Shown here piece after piece: positions 63,401 through 64,000 of a DNA stretch of 64,000 nucleotides. The translations under genes and the position numbers were made by a program. Location: the NCBI GenBank assembly GCA_001829315.1, contig MIAY01000014.1:60801-124800 (forward strand), read 5' to 3'. Every line of letters begins with the position of its first letter. The stretch's first letter is position 1. The stretch comes from Spirochaetes bacterium GWE1_32_154. Its GTDB lineage: Bacteria; Spirochaetota; GWE2-31-10. The notes under the pieces are model-generated. The model was not told where the DNA came from and searched no databases. It saw nothing but the letters and a program-made list of their open reading frames with translations.

Positions 63401-64000
63401 CTAAACAGTTTTTTCAATAGTATCTCTTAATAGAACATCTTTAAAATGTTTGGGTAATTTCACTTTAAAATCCAATAATTGATTGCTGAATTTATCAAAA
63501 AAACTGATTCTTGATGAAAGCAGGCATAAAGTTGACTCAGGATATCTTTTATCTTTTCGTGAGTAAACAGGATCCCCTAATACAGGATAACCAATACTTG
63601 AAGCATGAACTCTAATTTGATGTGTTCTTCCGGTTTTAATATTGATAGCGGCTAATGTAATATTATCAAAATGTTTCATTACTCTAAATATTGATAAACT
63701 TTCCTTACCACCAGTTTTTAAAACAGTCATTTTTTTTCTTGATCTTTGATCTCTCCCGATATTCGTATCAACCCTGATACTTAACGGCATCATACGACCT
63801 TTCAAAATTGCCTTGTATACTTTTCTTACCTTTCTATTTCTAAAAAGTCCACTTAAATACTCATGAGCCTCTATATTTTTTGTTACAACAATTAAACCTG
63901 ATGTATCTTTATCAAGCCTGTGAACAATACCCGGACGAACATCCGCATCCAATGAAATTTTCTTCATACCCATTAAAGCGTTAACCAGCGTTCCTGAATA
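63401..64000 (-). CDS. RluA-family pseudouridine synthase, partial (N-terminus lies beyond the window end)
   Basis: Catalytic motif HRLDKDTSGL and C-terminal HQIRVH motif; reading frame is open to the window edge. Confidence 0.8.
   Translation of the reverse strand, partial: YSGTLVNALMGMKKISLDADVRPGIVHRLDKDTSGLIVVTKNIEAHEYLSGLFRNRKVRKVYKAILKGRMMPLSIRVDTNIGRDQRSRKKMTVLKTGGKESLSIFRVMKHFDNITLAAINIKTGRTHQIRVHASSIGYPVLGDPVYSRKDKRYPESTLCLLSSRISFFDKFSNQLLDFKVKLPKHFKDVLLRDTIEKTV

Noticed and set aside
1-64000. CRISPR arrays, rRNA genes, transposases/integrases, prophage genes
   Set aside because: No regularly spaced direct-repeat arrays, no rRNA-like conserved sequence, and no ORF with transposase, integrase or phage-structural features; the tRNA cluster is followed by ordinary chromosomal genes, not an island.

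Overview
This 64 kb window is a very AT-rich bacterial chromosomal segment, densely packed with genes and dominated by recognisable housekeeping functions. Nothing in it looks like a mobile element, prophage, CRISPR array or rRNA operon. The main blocks are: (1) a complete MoxR/DUF58/BatA/BatB/BatD aerotolerance-type operon on the minus strand (1-7691); (2) aat-clpA-clpS, and the tig-clpP-clpX-lon proteostasis block (8549-19345); (3) assorted metabolic and transport genes plus mnmG (19329-28038); (4) a block of poorly characterised envelope-type proteins (28057-33647) flanked by tatD and rlmN; (5) a partial molybdenum-cofactor cluster, mogA/MOSC/moaC/moaA (37014-39174); (6) GH57, MATE, thioesterase and SpoU genes followed by an eight-gene tRNA cluster (44075-44794); (7) a QueG-like Fe-S protein with a TetR regulator, then mfd; (8) a tightly packed minus-strand cell-shape operon, mreB-mreC-mreD-mrdA-rodA, continuing into a large radical-SAM fusion protein, a hybrid histidine kinase and an MBL-fold hydrolase (51349-63178). 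I did not find a clear-cut defence or other named accessory system. The strongest candidate for undescribed biology is the 28-33.6 kb block: a TPR/Mrr-like membrane protein and an Hsp70-substrate-binding-domain-like LysM membrane protein are transcribed divergently from an intergenic region carrying three copies of a 12-mer motif, followed by lipoproteins of unknown function. Second is the radical-SAM/sensor kinase/MBL tail of the cell-shape operon. All functional calls rest on motifs I recognise in the supplied translations; no database search was run. Start codons are as in the ORF track unless noted and several are probably a few codons too long.
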